From an uncultured Verrucomicrobiae bacterium (GTDB lineage: Bacteria; Verrucomicrobiota; Verrucomicrobiia; Opitutales; JABDGR01), in the NCBI GenBank assembly GCA_963765205.1, contig CAVXVB010000009.1, forward strand, positions 128,001-192,000: a stretch of 64,000 nucleotides of DNA. The letters are read 5' to 3'. This document shows positions 16,781 to 26,419 of the stretch, in pieces. Under the pieces are notes generated by a model. It had not been told where the DNA came from, did not search any database, and saw nothing but the letters and a program-made list of their open reading frames with translations. Position 1 is the first letter of the stretch. The number at the start of each line of letters is the position of its first letter. Position numbers and translations under genes: made by a program.

Positions 16781-17216
16781 TAAGTGGTCTTCTTGATTTT
16801 GAAACAGCAGGTATGATGTAATAATCTACGAGAACGGGAACAAGGATAAAAGCAAAAGCTAAAACTGTTTCCAAAGGAGAAATGCCCATTCGATGATCGA
16901 AAGTAAGGCGCCTAAAAGCCACGAGTATCGCTGAATAGACGTGAACCAATTTGGAAATCCTTGTTTTTTCTCCTTCAAATAACAGCGCGGCCTTTTCTTC
17001 GTGAAAAAAACGATAGATCACCGGCCCGATAAGATACGCGTAAGAGGCCATAAAAACGAACGATTCCACAAATAACGAATATTGAAAAAGGTCTCGGTCA
17101 TCGCTCGTTGTTTTTGTAGGAAGATAGTCAACATCGCCCCAAGTCTGCCATGCGTGAGCGGCTAGAACTAACAGACAAAAAGCGGCAATAAGACAGGCAG
17201 CAAAGATCTTTTTCAT
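16781..17216 (-). CDS. Low-GC membrane protein whose C-terminus reads into IS5
   Basis: Hydrophobic N-terminus and further TM stretches; no stop before the IS boundary. Confidence 0.6.
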
Positions 17217-17302
17217 TGTCGATTAGAGATTTGAAAGATGGATAACCCCAACCCCCGCCACTCTAAATCGCTTGGGTTGAAGCGCAAACCCCAATCAACC
17301 CC

Positions 17303-17331
17303 TTGACGTTTTAACGTCACAGCGCTAAGTT
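17303..17331 (+). promoter_or_regulatory. Sigma70 promoter with overlapping TA operator
   Basis: TTGACG-17nt-TAAGTT, ATG 6 nt later; TGACGTT-tt-AACGTCA at 17304-17319. Confidence 0.75.
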
Positions 17332-17337
17332 ACGAAC

Positions 17338-17559
17338 ATGACGCGCGCCACCGTTTACTTCGATGAGGGCCTGCACAAGGCCCTGAAAATCAAAGCCCTG
17401 GAAAACGACACCACCCTCTCCGGGGTGGTGAATGAGGCGGTGCGCTCTTCCTTGGTCGAGGACTTGGACGACCTCGCCGATCTGCAGGCGCGGAAAAAGG
17501 AGAAACCCATTTCCTACGAATCTTTTCTTAAGGAGCTGAAGCGCCGTGGACAGCTATGA
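17338..17559 (+). CDS. CopG/RHH-type antitoxin
   Basis: RATVYFDEGLHKALKIKA..TLS..VNEAV RHH pattern; overlaps toxin start. Confidence 0.85.
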   Translation: MTRATVYFDEGLHKALKIKALENDTTLSGVVNEAVRSSLVEDLDDLADLQARKKEKPISYESFLKELKRRGQL

Positions 17560-17806
17560 ATTGGTGGTCCGGCCCTCGGTGCAGCGGGATGTGCGGGGCA
17601 TTCCATCCAAGGACTTGCGGCGCATCCTCGAACGCATGGAGGCCCTTCGCAATAACCCGCGGCCGGCGAATTGCGTCAAACTCTCCGGGCAGGAATCATA
17701 CCGCGTCCGCCAGGGGAATTATCGGATTATCCACGAACTCGACGACACCCAACGCGTCGTGGTGATCGCGAAGGTCGGCCACCGCCGGGAAGTCTACCGG
17801 CCATAA
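17546..17806 (+). CDS. relE: RelE/ParE-family toxin
   Basis: NPRP..KLSG..YRVRQGNYRII..VGHRREVY. Confidence 0.92.
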   Translation: MDSYELVVRPSVQRDVRGIPSKDLRRILERMEALRNNPRPANCVKLSGQESYRVRQGNYRIIHELDDTQRVVVIAKVGHRREVYRP

Positions 17807-17940
17807 TCCACCCCACCCCCCCGCCGCTCCAAGCCCCCTTCATCCAACGCAGGAAATACCCAAGATTGCAGAGACAGATCGCGTGCATTTTTGCTCAATT
17901 TTCCCTTGTCAAATTTATACGGTAAGGCTATTATCCTCAA

Positions 17941-18117
17941 ATGGTTATCAAGCGAAAACTGCACGATGATACCGGCCGCGCCGCCTACTGGGCCGCGCAG
18001 CCTGTCCGTAAGCGCATTGCCGCGCTTGAAATCATCCGCGGAACCGGCAATGATTCCATCCATGTTCAACAAGCATTTCCGCGAGTTCTTAGAATTCTTG
18101 GAAAAAAGAGACGTTAA
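17941..18117 (+). CDS. 58-aa protein, putative partner of the nucleotidyltransferase; not in the ORF track
   Basis: MVIKRKLHDDTGRAAYWAAQPVRKRIAALEIIRG..FPRVLRILGKKRR*; TTGTCA(17906)-17nt-TATTAT(17929)-6nt-ATG; overlaps next gene. Confidence 0.7.
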   Translation: MVIKRKLHDDTGRAAYWAAQPVRKRIAALEIIRGTGNDSIHVQQAFPRVLRILGKKRR

Positions 18118-18580
18118 GTATCTGCTGGTCGGTGGTTACGCGGTGGGTATCCACGGTTTCCCACGCTACACCGGCGACTTGGATGTTTTTATCGCCATCG
18201 GCATGGACAACGCCGAAAAAATGGTCAACGTTTTCGTGGATTTTGGCTTCGGCGACCTGGGCTTAAAAAGGGAATCCTTTCTCCAGCCCGAAAAAATAAT
18301 CGAGGTTGGCCGCGAGCCAATGAAGATTCAGGTGCTCACCGGCATTGATGGCGTCACATTCGATCAATGTTACGCCAGCCGGACCCACTTTCAAGAGGGC
18401 GCCTTGCGCATACCCGTGATCGGTTACGACGAGCTTATTCAAAACAAATTGGCCACGCCACGCGGCAAGGACAAAATTGATGTCGAGGAATTGCGCAAAG
18501 TAAAACAAAGTGCAAAAAAGTCAAAGGTATCTCACCCCAACCCCCGCCGCTCCAAATCTCCTTCGTCGAGACGCAAATAG
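18062..18580 (+). CDS. Pol-beta-superfamily nucleotidyltransferase
   Basis: YLLVGGYAV..HG.PR.TGDLDVFI; C-terminal LIQNK...R.KD..D. Confidence 0.85.
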   Translation: MFNKHFREFLEFLEKRDVKYLLVGGYAVGIHGFPRYTGDLDVFIAIGMDNAEKMVNVFVDFGFGDLGLKRESFLQPEKIIEVGREPMKIQVLTGIDGVTFDQCYASRTHFQEGALRIPVIGYDELIQNKLATPRGKDKIDVEELRKVKQSAKKSKVSHPNPRRSKSPSSRRK

Positions 18581-18707
18581 TGCCCAAGTTTGTGCAGGAA
18601 GCGGTGAAGTTTTGTTTTCCGCCAGCCCAGCCTGTCGCTGATCTGCGCGCTGGAAATGCGGAACCCGACGGGTGAGATGATTTTTTCCATCGGGGGATGT
18701 CCGGGGT

Positions 18708-20135
18708 TCAGTGGTCGAGATTGGCCGTTCCCTGGAGGGCGGCGGCGACGCCGCTCTCGGTGGTTTCGGCCCCGGCGCGGTCGGCGAGGTATTGGGCCCA
18801 AGCCGCTTGGAATTTCTTTTCGTCGTCGCCGTGCAGCATTTCCAGCGCGGTGAGCAGCGAGACCACGGCATTGTGGTAGACGGGATTGGCCTCCACCGGC
18901 AGCGAACGCCCGGTGACCAGTTCACGGGCGATGGTGTCGCGGACAGACTTGTCTGTCCGACCAGCCCAAGCGGCATCCAGCCGGGTGTGTTGCTCGCCGC
19001 CCTCCGCAGAGGGCAGGTTGAGGTATTCGAGCTGGTCCAGTTGCGCGCGGCTCTGCGCCATGGTTTGCGCGGGGGTCGAGTATTTAAAGGTGAAATCGCG
19101 CAGGCCTTCCTGCCACCACAATTCGAGGTCGCGCGGGTCGTCAAACTCGTCCGGGAAGGCGGCAGTGAGCGCCTTGGCAGGGTCCGTGCCGCCGGCCAGC
19201 GCGGAAAAGAGCACATTGGCCTGCGCGGCGTTGGGGCACTCTTCATCCAACAGGCGCAACAGCCAATAGGCATAGACCGCGACCACGGGCTGCGCGTCTC
19301 CATACGGGCGCGATGACTTCATGAGTTGGGCCAGGCTCGGCTCAGGCAGCGTCTGGGGCAGCGTCTGGCCCTGTTGGGAAAGCTCTTCGATCAGCGCGGG
19401 CTTGAGGCCCGCTTCGAGCAGCTTGCCTAGGGCCAGCGCCAGCCAGCCCGGCGCGCGCGCGGCGGCGTCCGGCCCGTTGTGCCAGACGGCGAGGCTTTCC
19501 AAAGAGGCTTGGGCGATGGCCTGGCACACGTCGGCAAACTTTGCGTCCGGCCCCCAGCGCACGAGCGCGGTGCAGTGGCCCACATGATCCGCATTGACGA
19601 CGAAGGGGCCGGCAAAGTCCGCCTGCGCCGCAGGCACCAGTTCGATTTGAACTTGGGAAGGCGGCTGGTCCGGCCAGGGAAGAAATTTGTCCATCAGTCC
19701 CGGCAACTGCTCGGCCATCTTGAGCATGCGCTGCGCGGAAGCCATGTCCGGCGCATCCACCTCGAACTGCGGGCTTTCCACCACGATGGGCGGGCCGAGG
19801 AGCTTGCGCTCGCCGAACGGGACGGTTTGCGTGGGCGGGAGCGGCCGCGCGGGTGCAGAATTGGTGGTGTTTGGTAATACCGATGGGGCCGGCGAAGCAG
19901 GCGCGGGCGTTGACGTGGGCGCAGGCGCTGTGGCGGCGGGTGGCGCGTCTTGCACCATTGGCAAGGGCGAGGGTTTTTTCCATACTTCATCGCCCGGCGT
20001 CGAATCGGCTGCCACGGCGAATACGGCGAGAAGGAAAAACACCAGGCCTGCGCCGACGGTCGCGCGCCAACGCAACACGATCCCACGGCGTAAAGGCAGC
20101 AACGGACGCATGACAACCTGGCGGGCGACGCCCAA
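18708..20135 (-). CDS. Exported/membrane-anchored hypothetical protein
   Basis: Hydrophobic N-terminus, Pro/Ala linker, long ORF, 2-nt gap to upstream gene. Confidence 0.7.
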   Translation of the reverse strand: MGVARQVVMRPLLPLRRGIVLRWRATVGAGLVFFLLAVFAVAADSTPGDEVWKKPSPLPMVQDAPPAATAPAPTSTPAPASPAPSVLPNTTNSAPARPLPPTQTVPFGERKLLGPPIVVESPQFEVDAPDMASAQRMLKMAEQLPGLMDKFLPWPDQPPSQVQIELVPAAQADFAGPFVVNADHVGHCTALVRWGPDAKFADVCQAIAQASLESLAVWHNGPDAAARAPGWLALALGKLLEAGLKPALIEELSQQGQTLPQTLPEPSLAQLMKSSRPYGDAQPVVAVYAYWLLRLLDEECPNAAQANVLFSALAGGTDPAKALTAAFPDEFDDPRDLELWWQEGLRDFTFKYSTPAQTMAQSRAQLDQLEYLNLPSAEGGEQHTRLDAAWAGRTDKSVRDTIARELVTGRSLPVEANPVYHNAVVSLLTALEMLHGDDEKKFQAAWAQYLADRAGAETTESGVAAALQGTANLDH

Positions 20136-20137
20136 CG

Positions 20138-20974
20138 TTATTTGCCAGCGAGGACGAGGCCGCCATCCTGCACCGTGGCGCTGGCGAGTTTAGCCCAAGC
20201 GTCGGCGTATTTTTTCGCGGCGTCGCTGGCGGCGAATTTACCGGCGATGTCATCGAAGAGCATTGTGCCGAGACCGCCGGTGGCGGGAATGCGCGCGCTG
20301 CCGATGTAACTGTAAGAGGGCTGAAATTGCGGGCCGGACGGACCGGCGACGAACACGCCGCGCGCTTGGTAAACCGTCACGATGTCCGTGCCCAGCAGGG
20401 TGACGGTCATCGGCACGGAGATTTGGAAGGTGACGGGCGCGTCGGCCGGCGCCTGGGGGTCCTTAAAGATGTGGAAATTCGGGTTGCCAGGCACCAGCCC
20501 GAAGCTCTGCAAATCAGCTGCGGCCAGCTTGGCATCATCCTTGACTTTGTCGGCTGTGCTAGGCCCGGTGGCGGCGGTGCCGGAAGCGGCCGCTGGCGCA
20601 GGCGTGGCGGCGGCCACGGGGGCTTTCGGCTTGGGCGCGGCGAGCTTGAAAGTGGCTACGGACCAAGCATTTAACTCAGAGTCGGCGACGGTGAGGGTGC
20701 CGGGCTGGGGGGAGAGGAATTGCGCGTCCTTGGCCTCGAAATCGCCGCCGGGCTGGCCAGCCCAGTAGAAAAGTCCGGTGGGAGGGGGGGGGGTCTTGCC
20801 CGTTTTGGCGTCGGGGGTGGCTTTGTATTCTTTCGGCGCGGTGAGGGCGAGGACGCAGAAGGCGAGGAGCACACCAAGCGAGGTGTTGAAAAAGGCGCAG
20901 ACGATGGCACCGCCAAACGTGGCCGATTTGCGGGCTTTTTTCTCGCCGGTCGGATCGAAGTTGGTGTTGCTCAT
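20138..20974 (-). CDS. Membrane-anchored hypothetical protein
   Basis: Single N-terminal TM; tightly packed operon. Confidence 0.7.
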   Translation of the reverse strand: MSNTNFDPTGEKKARKSATFGGAIVCAFFNTSLGVLLAFCVLALTAPKEYKATPDAKTGKTPPPPTGLFYWAGQPGGDFEAKDAQFLSPQPGTLTVADSELNAWSVATFKLAAPKPKAPVAAATPAPAAASGTAATGPSTADKVKDDAKLAAADLQSFGLVPGNPNFHIFKDPQAPADAPVTFQISVPMTVTLLGTDIVTVYQARGVFVAGPSGPQFQPSYSYIGSARIPATGGLGTMLFDDIAGKFAASDAAKKYADAWAKLASATVQDGGLVLAGK

Positions 20975-20980
20975 GGGTGT

Positions 20981-21400
20981 TCAGGGTTTGGCAGATTTGG
21001 CGGCCGCGGGTTTGCTGGATTCGGATTTGGGCTTGGCGGCGTCGGATTTGGTTGGAGCGGGTTTGGATTCGCCGGATTTGGATTCCGCTGGTTTCGAGTC
21101 AGCAGGTTTTTTGCCGTCGGCGGATTTCGAGTCGGAAGGTTTGGAGTCGGAGGGCTTGCTCTCAGCAGGTTTGTTGCCGGAAGCGGCGGCGGCCTGGTCT
21201 TTGGCGTAGGCGGCGGAGCGTTTGTAGTCAGTTTCGTAAAAGCCGCTGCCTTTGAAGATGAGGCCGGCGCCGCCGCTGATGAGGCGCTGGAGGCCGAGCT
21301 TTTTGCAGGCCGGGCAGCGCTTCAGGGCGTTTGCCGTGATGGGTTGGTAGACTTCAAACTGGTGGCCGCAGCGTTTGCAGGCGTATTCGTACGTCGGCAT
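20981..21400 (-). CDS. FmdB-family zinc-ribbon protein with low-complexity tail
   Basis: MPTYEYACKRCGH..CPAC..FKGSGFYETDY. Confidence 0.92.
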   Translation of the reverse strand: MPTYEYACKRCGHQFEVYQPITANALKRCPACKKLGLQRLISGGAGLIFKGSGFYETDYKRSAAYAKDQAAAASGNKPAESKPSDSKPSDSKSADGKKPADSKPAESKSGESKPAPTKSDAAKPKSESSKPAAAKSAKP

Positions 21401-21721
21401 GGTTCGCGGTGGTGGGTGGGGGGGAGGGGGCATGCGGCGAACCGATTCTACGAACGCCACGAGACCGATTCCCGGTTTTTGAATTCCAGTAAGAAACGAT
21501 TATTATACACGCCCTAGGCAGGGCGTTCAAGGGGAAAAAAGGGGCAGGGAAAAAAGCCACGCAAAATACTCTAAGCATTCCTGAAAGAGCCAATTTTCAA
21601 TCACAAGGTTACCATGTGCGAGACCAGTCGAACTCTACACCTGTTTGATATCGGAATGTCAGTCAGTTACCCGCCAGCCGACCCCGCGATTGGTGGTCAA
21701 ATCAGGGGGAGGCGACCCGTT

Positions 21722-22324
21722 TTAATCCGGTCGTTTCATCTCAAACCGGTCGCGCGTGCGGCAATACCAGTTCGGCGACGACAGGCGCCCGATCAGAAAA
21801 AGTTTGTCCGTGTGAATCCGTTTTTTCTCCGTATCAAACAATTCATCGCGCAAATGAAGCCGTTTGATCAAACCGATCACCACGCGATTTTGGCCGATTT
21901 GCAGGGTGCCCCATTCGACACATTCGAGACTCGCCGGGGATTCCGCGACGCGCGGCGGCTTCACGATGGACGAAGGGGCGGCGGTCAGCCCGGCGCGCAC
22001 CAATTCGTTTTCCCCAAACGGCAACGACGCGGCGCACTGGTTCATCGCCTCGGCCATTTTTTCGTCCACGAGGTTCACGACGAATTCGTGCGTGGCGCGG
22101 ACGTTGAGCGCGGTGTCCTTGGGGGTGCCGTTGGGGCGGTCGCCGGGCGCGAAGGCGCAGATGGGCGGATTCGCGCCCAGGACGTTGAAGAAGCTGAACG
22201 GCGCGGCGTTCACCCGGCTGTCGGCGCTGATGGTGGTGACGAGCGCAATCGGCCGCGGCGTGACGAGGCTGACCAGCAACGGATAGGCGCGATGGGCAAA
22301 TTCCTTTTCGAGATCAAGTTCCAT
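21722..22324 (-). CDS. Flavin reductase family protein
   Basis: PRPIALVTT, NAAPFSFFN, KDT..N....EFVVN, ESPASLEC. Confidence 0.92.
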   Translation of the reverse strand: MELDLEKEFAHRAYPLLVSLVTPRPIALVTTISADSRVNAAPFSFFNVLGANPPICAFAPGDRPNGTPKDTALNVRATHEFVVNLVDEKMAEAMNQCAASLPFGENELVRAGLTAAPSSIVKPPRVAESPASLECVEWGTLQIGQNRVVIGLIKRLHLRDELFDTEKKRIHTDKLFLIGRLSSPNWYCRTRDRFEMKRPD

Positions 22325-22523
22325 AAATTTAATTCGGTTTTAATACTGTCGGCGCGCAACCTACGCACCCTCCCTATGGCCAGCAAGCGGTAATCCGTGG
22401 CGGGCAGCAAGCGGTCCGCGGACAAACGATGGCCTGATGAATTTGTGCCGGGGTCCACACCAGGAAGCCGTAGAAAATCGTTTTGCAAAGTTGGGGGAAA
22501 GGCAGCATAGGGCTGGTTTGATT

Positions 22524-23426
22524 ATGACCGCACCTGCCCCACGAACCCGCGATTTCAAGGCCACTTTGCTGCGCGAGCGCGCGCGGGTCGAGGCGGCCAT
22601 CGAGAAATGGCTGCCGGGGGTGGAGACGCGGCCGGGGGTGCTGCACGAGGCGATGCGCTACTCGATGCTGGCGGGGGGCAAGCGGTTGCGACCGTTGCTG
22701 GTGCTGGCGGGGCACCGGTTGTTTGCCTCGAAGCTCGACCCGCTGCCGGCAGCGGTAGCGGTCGAGTGCCTGCACACATATAGCCTGATCCACGACGATT
22801 TGCCGTGCATGGACGACTCGGACTTGCGCCGGGGGCGGGCGACGTGCCACAAAAAATTTGGCGAGGCGACGGCGTTGCTGGCGGGGGACGCGCTGCTGAC
22901 ATACGCACTGTGGCTCTTGGCGGACGCTTATAAGAAGCATCCGGCGGTGGCCGCCGAGCTGGTGCGGGTACTGGGGGACGCGGCGGGCTCGACCAAGCTG
23001 ATTGGGGGGCAGATGGAGGACTTGCTGGGTGAAAAGGGCGCACCGAGCGCGGAGCGGCTGGATTTCATCCACCACAACAAGACGGCCGCGCTGATCACGG
23101 CGAGCCTGCTGCTGGGCCTGCGGCTGACGGACGCGCCAAGCGCGAAATTCAAGATCATGGGCGAGGTGGGACGCAACCTGGGCCTGGCGTTCCAGGCGAT
23201 TGACGATATTCTGGATGCGACGGCGTCAGCGGCGGTGCTGGGGAAGACGCCGGGCCTCGACCAGCGCCATGGGAAGCTGACGTATGCGAGCCTCTATGGC
23301 CTGGACGAGGCGCGTGCGAAGGCGCGGGCGCTGACGGCGGCGGCGGTGCGCGGCGCGGAAAAGCTGGGCGGGGACAATTGGTTTTTGCTCGAGTTGATCC
23401 GGGAGTTGGAGCACCGGGTGAATTAG
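22524..23426 (+). CDS. ispA: Polyprenyl diphosphate synthase
   Basis: GGKRLRP, SLIHDDLPCMDDSDLRRG, GGQ..D, FQAIDDILD. Confidence 0.95.
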   Translation: MTAPAPRTRDFKATLLRERARVEAAIEKWLPGVETRPGVLHEAMRYSMLAGGKRLRPLLVLAGHRLFASKLDPLPAAVAVECLHTYSLIHDDLPCMDDSDLRRGRATCHKKFGEATALLAGDALLTYALWLLADAYKKHPAVAAELVRVLGDAAGSTKLIGGQMEDLLGEKGAPSAERLDFIHHNKTAALITASLLLGLRLTDAPSAKFKIMGEVGRNLGLAFQAIDDILDATASAAVLGKTPGLDQRHGKLTYASLYGLDEARAKARALTAAAVRGAEKLGGDNWFLLELIRELEHRVN

Positions 23427-23611
23427 GGGAGCTTGAAGTGGATTTCACCGCGAAGGCGCATAGGGTGTTTTTTTACGGAATTTATTTTTAGCGTTCTTGG
23501 CGACTTATTTGGTTGGGTTTTTACCACAAAAAACGCAAAGGACACAAAGGGGAAAGGCGGAATAGACTTGTCGCCCAGGCATTCGATCCTTGTGATGGGA
23601 GCGGGAAATAT

Positions 23612-23821
23612 ATGCCGCAAACCCATCAGCGCCGGTCCGCAAAAAAAACGTCCCGCCCGCCAAACGGTTGGCGCGCAGCGGAAGCGGCCGGGGTGGATAT
23701 GTCATTGCTGGAACATTCGCTGAGCCTGAGCGTGTGGGAGCGGCTGGTGGAGCACCAGCGCGCGTTCGAGCTTGTGCAGCTATTGCAAAACGCGAAAATC
23801 AAGCCGCCATGCAAAACCTGA
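23612..23821 (+). CDS. Small protein, putative partner of the second nucleotidyltransferase
   Basis: GVDMSLLEHSLSLSVWERL segment; overlaps next start by 13 nt. Confidence 0.65.
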   Translation: MPQTHQRRSAKKTSRPPNGWRAAEAAGVDMSLLEHSLSLSVWERLVEHQRAFELVQLLQNAKIKPPCKT

Positions 23822-24282
23822 ACGACTTGCTGCAACGCCTGCACGCGCAAGAGGTGGAATTTGTGCTGGTGGGGGGATTTGCGGCAACGGTGCATGGGAG
23901 CACGCTGGTCACCCGCGACCTGGATGTGTGTTGCCGCTTTACCGAGGAAAACCTGCGGCGCATCCACCGGGCGGTGGCGGACTTGCACCCGGCGCACCGG
24001 ATGCGGCCGGATTTGCCGTTCGTCTTGACGCCTGATTTGTGCGCCAGCCTGAAAAATTTGTATTTGAAAACCGACTTGGGTTCCCTGGACTGCCTAGGTG
24101 AAGTGAAGGGTGTGGGCAATTTCGAGGAGGCACGGCAGCATAGCGTGGTGGTGGAGCTGCCGTTCGGAGAGTGCCGGGTGCTGGACTTGGACACCTTAAT
24201 CCGCGCGAAATTGGCCATGAACCGCGGGCATGATCAAATTACCGTGCGGCAATTGCAGGCCATCAAAGACCGGCGGGGTTGA
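23809..24282 (+). CDS. Pol-beta-superfamily nucleotidyltransferase
   Basis: FVLVGGFAA..HG....TRDLDVC; LIRAK.AM.R..D. Confidence 0.85.
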   Translation: MQNLNDLLQRLHAQEVEFVLVGGFAATVHGSTLVTRDLDVCCRFTEENLRRIHRAVADLHPAHRMRPDLPFVLTPDLCASLKNLYLKTDLGSLDCLGEVKGVGNFEEARQHSVVVELPFGECRVLDLDTLIRAKLAMNRGHDQITVRQLQAIKDRRG

Positions 24283-24440
24283 GTCTGGGCGGTGCGCTTG
24301 CGCGGCCGGACAAGGCGGCGTCACCCGGGAAAAATTATTTTGTTCTCATTGCTTCCGGGCCGGGGTCTTTATATAAAGTTGGACAGCGCCGGAGGATGGC
24401 TCGGAGAGCCACCCCCCTCCTCTACCTTTTTCCCCGCCCC

Positions 24441-25178
24441 ATGATTGAAGTCCAGGCATTGACGAAGTTGTTTCGCGACAAGAAGCGCGGGGAATTTCGG
24501 GCGGTGGACGGGGTGAGCTTTCGTTGCGCACCGGGGCAAATCTACGGGTTGCTGGGGGTCAACGGCGCAGGGAAGACGACGTGCCTGCGTTTGCTTTCCA
24601 CGATTTTGCGGCCGAGTTCCGGCACGGCGTGCGTGGCGGGGCACGATATTGTGGCCGCGCCGCAAAAGGTACGCGCGCGGGTGGGTTTTCTCTCGACGGC
24701 GACGGCGCTGTATGACCGGTTGACGGCGCGGGAATTCGTGGAATATTTCGGACGGCTCAACGGGCTGGCGGAAAAGGTGCTGCGTGAGCGGGTGGACTCG
24801 CTGTTCACGCTGCTGGAGATGGAGGAGTTCCGCGACCGGCGGTGCGCGAAGCTTTCGACGGGGATGAAGCAAAAGGTCTCGATTGCGCGGGCGCTGGTGC
24901 ATGACCCGGCGGTGATGATCTTCGACGAGCCGACGCTGGGGCTGGACGTGCTGACGGCGCGGACGATTGTGGGCTTCATCCGCGACTGCCGGGCGCGGGG
25001 TAAGACGGTGATCTTCTCGTCGCACGTGATGAGCGAGGTCGAGAAGCTGTGCGACGTGGTGGGGATCATCCATGACGGGCGCATCCTGGCCGAGGGGACG
25101 GTGGCGCAATTGCGCGAGCGCACGGGGCTGGCCGACCTCGAGGATGTGTTCGTGAAAATCGTGGAGGGGCGGCCATGA
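24441..25178 (+). CDS. natA: ABC exporter ATP-binding subunit, NatA-like
   Basis: [22 protein letters not shown]. Confidence 0.85.
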   Translation: MIEVQALTKLFRDKKRGEFRAVDGVSFRCAPGQIYGLLGVNGAGKTTCLRLLSTILRPSSGTACVAGHDIVAAPQKVRARVGFLSTATALYDRLTAREFVEYFGRLNGLAEKVLRERVDSLFTLLEMEEFRDRRCAKLSTGMKQKVSIARALVHDPAVMIFDEPTLGLDVLTARTIVGFIRDCRARGKTVIFSSHVMSEVEKLCDVVGIIHDGRILAEGTVAQLRERTGLADLEDVFVKIVEGRP

Positions 25179-26376
25179 ACCTGCGGCACCTCGGCATTGT
25201 TTACCGGAAGGAGTTGCGCGACCTGCTGCGCGACCGGCGCACGATCATCTCGATGATCGTCGGGCCGGTGATCATCATGCCGCTGCTGACCATCGGGATG
25301 GGGGCGCTGGCGATGCAGCAGATTAACAAAACGATGGCGGAGACCGCGCACGCGATGATTCTGGGGGGGAGGATTCGCCGAAGACGGTGGCGGGGTTGCA
25401 GGGGATGAAGAATTTTGAATTTGTGCCGGCCAGTCCGGATTACCGGCAAATGATTTCTGAGAAAAAAGTCGGCGCGGTGGTGGACATCCCGCCGGGTTTC
25501 GAGACGGCGCTGCAAAACGGCGCGCCGGCGACCATCCAGATTTACACCTACGAAGGGGAAATCAAATCGGAGACCGCGGCGGACGGCTTGCGGGGATATT
25601 TCGAGAATCTGCGCACGCAGACGGTGGATGAGCGGCTGGCCCAGCACCAACTGCCAAAAGAAATGATCCATCCCTTCGCCATCGAGACCACGAATGTGGC
25701 GCCACCGGAAAAAGTGAGCGGCAACGTGCTGGGGGCGATCATCCCCTACTTCGTGCTAATGACGTGCCTGGCGAGTTCGTTTTATCCGGCGATTGACCTG
25801 ACGGCGGGGGAAAAGGAGCGCGGCACGATGGAGACGTTGTTGTGCGCGCCGGTGCAACGCATTTATTTTGCGCTGGGCAAATGCCTGGTGGTGCTGACGG
25901 TTTCGCTCACGACGATGGTGCTGATGTTTTTTTCGGCGGGCATTTCCCTCCACACCGTGGCCGCGAAGGGGTCGGATTTCGCCCGGGAGACCGGCATGCA
26001 ACTGACCATCAACCCGGCTTCGCTGGCGGGGGTGTTTACGGTGATGGTGCCCATGGCGTTGTTTTTCGCGGCGGTGCTGGTGGCCGTGGGGCTGTTTGCG
26101 CGGAGCATGAAGGAGGCGCAGAGCTATGTGCAGCCGCTGATGGTGTTGATGATCATGCCGCTGATGGTTTGCATGCTGCCGGGTTTTGAGTTGAACGCCG
26201 GACTGGCGCTGGTGCCGGTGGTCAATGTGAGTTTGCTGGCGAAGGAGATTCTGTCGGGCACATACCATTGGGGTTATATCGCGGAAGTTTTTGCGTCCTC
26301 CTGCGTTTACGCGGCGGCGGCGCTGGGGTGGGCGGTGGCGATGTTCAACCGCGAGACGGTCATTTTTCGCGTGTGA
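25175..26376 (+). CDS. natB: NatB-like ABC permease, split by a one-base loss in a G run (25363-25369)
   Basis: [12 protein letters not shown] in one frame, [18 protein letters not shown] in the next; one extra G joins them ([12 protein letters not shown]). Confidence 0.85.
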
Positions 26377-26419
26377 TTTCGGGATTGTGTGGGGCGGAGC
26401 AACGAAATTATCTTGGTTC

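Noticed and set aside
24375..24425. Possible Na+/Li+ riboswitch before natA (hairpin ggagg-a-tggctc-gga-gagcca..cctcc)
   Set aside because: I cannot match it to a known consensus by eye; an Infernal/Rfam scan would be needed
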